DNA of 64,000 nucleotides from an uncultured archaeon (lineage in GTDB: Archaea > Asgardarchaeota > Heimdallarchaeia > Heimdallarchaeales > Kariarchaeaceae). The position numbers and the translations under genes were made by a program. Position 1 is the stretch's first letter. Every line of letters begins with the position of its first letter. Below are positions 60,055-64,000 of this stretch, piece by piece. The DNA is taken from contig CAZYCQ010000007.1 of NCBI GenBank assembly GCA_964645535.1, positions 24,912 through 88,911 on the forward strand, in the 5' to 3' direction. Below the pieces are notes generated by a model. The model saw nothing but the letters and a program-made list of their open reading frames with translations. It ran no database searches and was not told where the DNA came from.

Positions 60055-61221
60055 TTACAGGGTCGGGAAAAGCACCAGATATGGTGAAAGATAGTGAAAA
60101 ACCCTGTCCAAGTACATACCGTTGAGATGCGGTGGCTTGCCATTGACCGTTTCCATCTTGATGATCCGCATCAGTTCCGTCGCAAGAAGACGATACCTCT
60201 TGTTCTCCCGTGTGGCAATCCCTATCAACCTTCTAGGTGAGATCTCCGTTTCAAACCGTTCCAGGTCTTCCGCCGTGGTGATTTCCTTTTCATACCCTTT
60301 CAAAGGAAAAATCTCAAAAATCTTTCCAGGAAGCTTCTGGTTTATCGTGTCCTTCCTGCCAATCCCGATCCAGTTAACCAGCTTGGTACTCGGAAGCAAA
60401 TAAAGAAGGTTTTCATCAATTGCCGAACTACCGGGCATGTGCGGCTTGTAATTACAAAATAGACAGACCTTGAAAATATCTAGAATATATCTCCCAAAAA
60501 ATAACAGAATCTCTATTGAACCCCTGATCGCTTCTCTGACAATGATTCTTTCCTTCTCGTCCTTCAACCGCTTGCCGACAACCCGGTCAAACAACCTAAG
60601 TGAGACTTCTGTCAATGTTTCTCCAATCTGCTTCTCCACTAACTCCTCTATCATGACAAACCAGAAACCAAGAACAAAAAGGGCTCCCTGCCTTGCAACA
60701 TTCGAATTGGGATCCAACTCCCCCAAAAGTGCCTTCTTGACAAAAAGAATGTATTCTGGCATCCTCCCCAGTTGTCTGACCCGTAACTGCCGGTTGACGA
60801 ATTCTTCCCGCTTTTTCCTCAGCAATTTCTGCTCTCGTAGCAGATGACGAACCCGATTCAAGGAATAGTTGTCCGGATCTGTGTATTTCTTCGCCATCTC
60901 CTTTTTCCGCTCCTGCTCCATCCGCTCAACCAGTTCATCAAATTCCTTGTTCGGAAAGTTGGCCTTTGCACGTTTCAGAATAAAGCTCTTGACCAACTGA
61001 TCCGGGTTGATGGTCAGCAGCGCCCTCAACTCTGCAGGACGTTTCCCCTTGAGAGCAATGTATACCGATTGCGCAATGAAATTGCGAAAAATATACTCCG
61101 GCGAATCTGCAAATTCCCTGCTGAAACATCTGTACCAGAAATGCGGAAAATCTGCAAATTCCAGTTCAGGGGCATCAAAATAGTTCTTCTCCTCGGTCTC
61201 TGCCATGCATTCCTCTCCCAA
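60055..61221 (-). CDS. Hypothetical protein
   Basis: 388-aa ORF in a co-directional cluster; no recognised motif. Confidence 0.65.
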   Translation of the reverse strand: MGEECMAETEEKNYFDAPELEFADFPHFWYRCFSREFADSPEYIFRNFIAQSVYIALKGKRPAELRALLTINPDQLVKSFILKRAKANFPNKEFDELVERMEQERKKEMAKKYTDPDNYSLNRVRHLLREQKLLRKKREEFVNRQLRVRQLGRMPEYILFVKKALLGELDPNSNVARQGALFVLGFWFVMIEELVEKQIGETLTEVSLRLFDRVVGKRLKDEKERIIVREAIRGSIEILLFFGRYILDIFKVCLFCNYKPHMPGSSAIDENLLYLLPSTKLVNWIGIGRKDTINQKLPGKIFEIFPLKGYEKEITTAEDLERFETEISPRRLIGIATRENKRYRLLATELMRIIKMETVNGKPPHLNGMYLDRVFHYLSPYLVLFPTL

Positions 61222-61222
61222 C

Positions 61223-61918
61223 TCAGAGATTCAACCTGTCCACTGCTTCTTTGACCTGAATGGAGGCATCTTCCAGAATTGGTGGACCATGCCCGCAGAC
61301 CAAAACATCGAAATCATAGGTCGACAGCTTCTTGAAAGAATGCCTCGCCATCTCCATGTTCTCTGTGAAAAGCCCTAGCGGAAGAGATGGATTCCCCTTT
61401 CGATCCGTAACCACCGCATCCCCGGAAAACATGACCCCGTTCTTCGCAAACCCCATAGAACCCATGGTATGCCCTGGAAGAAAGATTGATTGGATCCCGT
61501 CCACCACCTGCCCATCCTCAATCAATTCAACAGATTCAATGGGACGGGCACGAATAAAAGGATCCAAAATAAAAAACAATGGCTTAAGCAAAACATTCCG
61601 CGGCAATGGACGCTTTGCCTCACCCAATATGAACGCCGCATCTCCCTTATGTGCATAAAACAAAGGGTGATACACCTCCTCGATCTTTGGTGCACCCTTG
61701 ACATGATCCACATGATGATGCGTAAGGAATACCTTCACCACCCTCCGATCCTCCAGTTCATCATGAATGTACCGAAGAATCGGTTCCGCCTTCCCGTTCA
61801 TCTCAGTGTCAATCAGAATCAAATCCTCACCCTCCTCCACAATATAACAGTTTGAATACCCCTTGATCCAATGAACCCCGTCTGCAATCTCTGAATTCGG
61901 ACGAATGTCTGCCATCAA
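61223..61918 (-). CDS. MBL-fold metallo-hydrolase
   Basis: THHHVDH, PGHT.GS, SGDA, GHG. Confidence 0.92.
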   Translation of the reverse strand: MMADIRPNSEIADGVHWIKGYSNCYIVEEGEDLILIDTEMNGKAEPILRYIHDELEDRRVVKVFLTHHHVDHVKGAPKIEEVYHPLFYAHKGDAAFILGEAKRPLPRNVLLKPLFFILDPFIRARPIESVELIEDGQVVDGIQSIFLPGHTMGSMGFAKNGVMFSGDAVVTDRKGNPSLPLGLFTENMEMARHSFKKLSTYDFDVLVCGHGPPILEDASIQVKEAVDRLNL

Positions 61919-62116
61919 TCAATATCCTCGACGATTGCTTATAACTATTGTTGAGAAACGCAATCATCAACAACCTCTGTGCCAGATGAACCTCGACTGC
62001 AACCATTTTCAGAACGCACACAAAAAAACCTGTCTTGCGTCCATGGTGCCGGAAAATTTTTTGATGGTTCAACCATCCTGTCCAAATCCTTTTTTTTGTT
62101 TTTTTCCTCAATTGAA

Positions 62117-63217
62117 TGGATGATGGATCAAGCCATCCTTTCCCTTTATCTGGGAACAATCATTGCAACCATCTACTTCCTCTCCAAAATAGATGAAGGA
62201 TACCCCCTCAAAGAACCTCAATCAATCCCACATCTCCCAAAAGTTTCCATCATCGTCCCTGCACGAAATGAGGCTGCCAACATCAGACAATGCCTCAATT
62301 CCCTGATGGAACTCCATTACCCTGATTACGAAATCATCGTGGTCGAAGGAAACTCAACCGATGAAACAAGAAAAATCGTGGAAAACGAATTCCCCAACGT
62401 GACCATGATCCCAGAACCTCCAAGACCCAATGGATGGGTGGGAAAACCTTGGGCATGCCATATCGGTCAGCAACATGCAAAAGGACAAATTCTCCTCTTC
62501 ACCGATGCCGATACCATCCATCATCCAGACTCCCTTCAGAAATTGGTTCCCGCACTCCTGACCCAAACAAACGGATTCCTGACCATCGTCACCCGCCAAA
62601 TCCTCAAGAAATTCTGGGAATACACCCTCGTCATCGTTTTCCAGACAATCGCCCTCTCCGTTTACGGAGGAAAAGGAAGCGGATCACGATACCTCGCAAA
62701 TGGACAATACCTCATGTTCACACGTGAAGCCTATGACGAAATCGGAGGACACCAAGCTGTCCATGACAAAATCATCGAGGATATGGAACTCGCTTCATTA
62801 GGTGCCGCTAAAGGACGTAAACCAATATTCTTCGATGTGCCAGAACTCGTCGCTGTCAGAATGTACCGAACCTTCAACGATTTCTTCAACGGATTCGCCA
62901 AAAACCTCGCCGTAGGAGCAAGCACACTTTCCATCGCTCCGATCGCCCGAAATTTCCTCTTGCAGGTATGGGCTATCGGATGGCCATTTAGCCTCCTCCT
63001 CAACCACCCATTGGCCATCCCCACCGCAGCTTTCGGATATCTCTCCTATGTCGCTACCTGCCTCTACGGACAATATCGCATCACACGAAAAATCACTCCA
63101 CATATGATCCTCGCCCCGATCTATTTCATCATCTATCTATTCGTCCTAAACTACTCCTTCTATCTCGTCACCGTCAAGAAAAAAGTCAAATGGAAGGACA
63201 TATCCTACCAAACCTGA
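62117..63217 (+). CDS. GT2 glycosyltransferase (CrtQ-like)
   Basis: IIVPARNE, GWVGKPWAC, FTDAD, ANGQ, IIED, VRMY; start set at MMDQ. Confidence 0.85.
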   Translation, partial: WMMDQAILSLYLGTIIATIYFLSKIDEGYPLKEPQSIPHLPKVSIIVPARNEAANIRQCLNSLMELHYPDYEIIVVEGNSTDETRKIVENEFPNVTMIPEPPRPNGWVGKPWACHIGQQHAKGQILLFTDADTIHHPDSLQKLVPALLTQTNGFLTIVTRQILKKFWEYTLVIVFQTIALSVYGGKGSGSRYLANGQYLMFTREAYDEIGGHQAVHDKIIEDMELASLGAAKGRKPIFFDVPELVAVRMYRTFNDFFNGFAKNLAVGASTLSIAPIARNFLLQVWAIGWPFSLLLNHPLAIPTAAFGYLSYVATCLYGQYRITRKITPHMILAPIYFIIYLFVLNYSFYLVTVKKKVKWKDISYQT

Positions 63218-63263
63218 TGACGAAGTAAACCTATAAATAACCGTACCTCTATTTTATTTTCAA

Positions 63264-63944
63264 ATGATCCATCAAATACTGGTCATCGATGATGTAGGAT
63301 TCAACCTTATCGACCGAACATACGGCCAGAACACACTTGATCCATTCCTCGTTTCAGGATTCCTCTCCGCCGTCCTCCCAAGAATGGAGGAATTCGGGTT
63401 TGACCTCAACTCCCTCGCGGCAGAACTCACAGAAAAGGAAGGAACATATCTGGAAATTTCCAGATTTTCTAAAGGATACGTCGTCGTCATTGCAGAAGAC
63501 AAAGGAAATCGAAACAAAATCAAAGATATCTGCAAAACACTCAACACAATCATCGAAAACCATTTGGAAAGCTTTGTACATGCAGCCGAAATCGATCTCA
63601 CCGACCTCGACCAACTACAGACAAAAATGGACGAAATCGTCAGCCAAGAAGGTGTTGCCATCTCAATCGACCCTGAAAAAGATCCCATCCTTCCCATCCT
63701 TAAACAGGTCTATGACAAAAAAATAAAACCTAAAGACGCAGCTAAAAAAATCCTGAAATGGATCGAACAAAAGAAACTCGATACTCAAGGACTCGAAATG
63801 ATGAAAAAAACACTCATGATCATCGATCAAATGCTCCCCCAAACCAAAGGAAGCAAAATGGATCCACTTCAAACCACCATCAAGGCAACTTACAAAGGAG
63901 TTTCACAACTTATCGTACGAATGGATAAAGCAATGATGTTCTAA
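63264..63944 (+). CDS. Longin/roadblock-like domain protein
   Basis: QILVIDDVG..L...Y...DPFLVSGFLSA pattern. Confidence 0.6.
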   Translation: MIHQILVIDDVGFNLIDRTYGQNTLDPFLVSGFLSAVLPRMEEFGFDLNSLAAELTEKEGTYLEISRFSKGYVVVIAEDKGNRNKIKDICKTLNTIIENHLESFVHAAEIDLTDLDQLQTKMDEIVSQEGVAISIDPEKDPILPILKQVYDKKIKPKDAAKKILKWIEQKKLDTQGLEMMKKTLMIIDQMLPQTKGSKMDPLQTTIKATYKGVSQLIVRMDKAMMF

Positions 63945-63961
63945 CCAACACAATCATGACC

Positions 63962-64000
63962 CAACTCAACAATCACAATCAGGTCTCAACTCAACAATCA
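63962..64000 (+). repeat. Direct repeat CAACTCAACAATCA, two copies with a 25-nt period, at the window edge
   Basis: Copies at 63962-63975 and 63987-64000; further ACAATCA copies nearby. Confidence 0.55.

Noticed and set aside
1-64000. CRISPR array, integrase, transposase or prophage genes
   Set aside because: No repeat-spacer periodicity and no recognisable recombinase, transposase or capsid motifs.

Overview
Gene-dense archaeal chromosomal segment, most consistent with an Asgard archaeon (Heimdallarchaeia-like; inferred from gene content). Supporting genes include eS25, NAC, a DRG GTPase, RIO2, an EF-2 paralog, a Ras-like GTPase, two longin/roadblock-like proteins, PGF/PEF-type surface anchors and an MCP. 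The window holds about 60 CDS and two tRNAs (Val-TAC, Gln-TTG). I found no CRISPR array, integrase or transposase. Accessory patches lie at 1-6.4 kb (DNA methyltransferase, subtilase plus three paralogous exported proteins, Uma2-like protein) and at 41.4-48.1 kb (orphans next to tRNA-Gln, an IbrA/IbrB pair, a glycosyltransferase). The most notable observations are: (1) a coupled AAA+/vWA/double-pseudoenzyme/HEAT operon; (2) a saw-tooth A+C to G+T strand skew that flips near the tRNA genes, independent of gene orientation; (3) an apparently inactive CAAX-protease fold fused to a longin-like domain beside orphan A/V-ATPase subunits; (4) the subtilase with its three-member paralog family; (5) a switch-like structured leader with a uORF before an MFS gene. 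All family calls come from motif recognition by eye; no database search was run.
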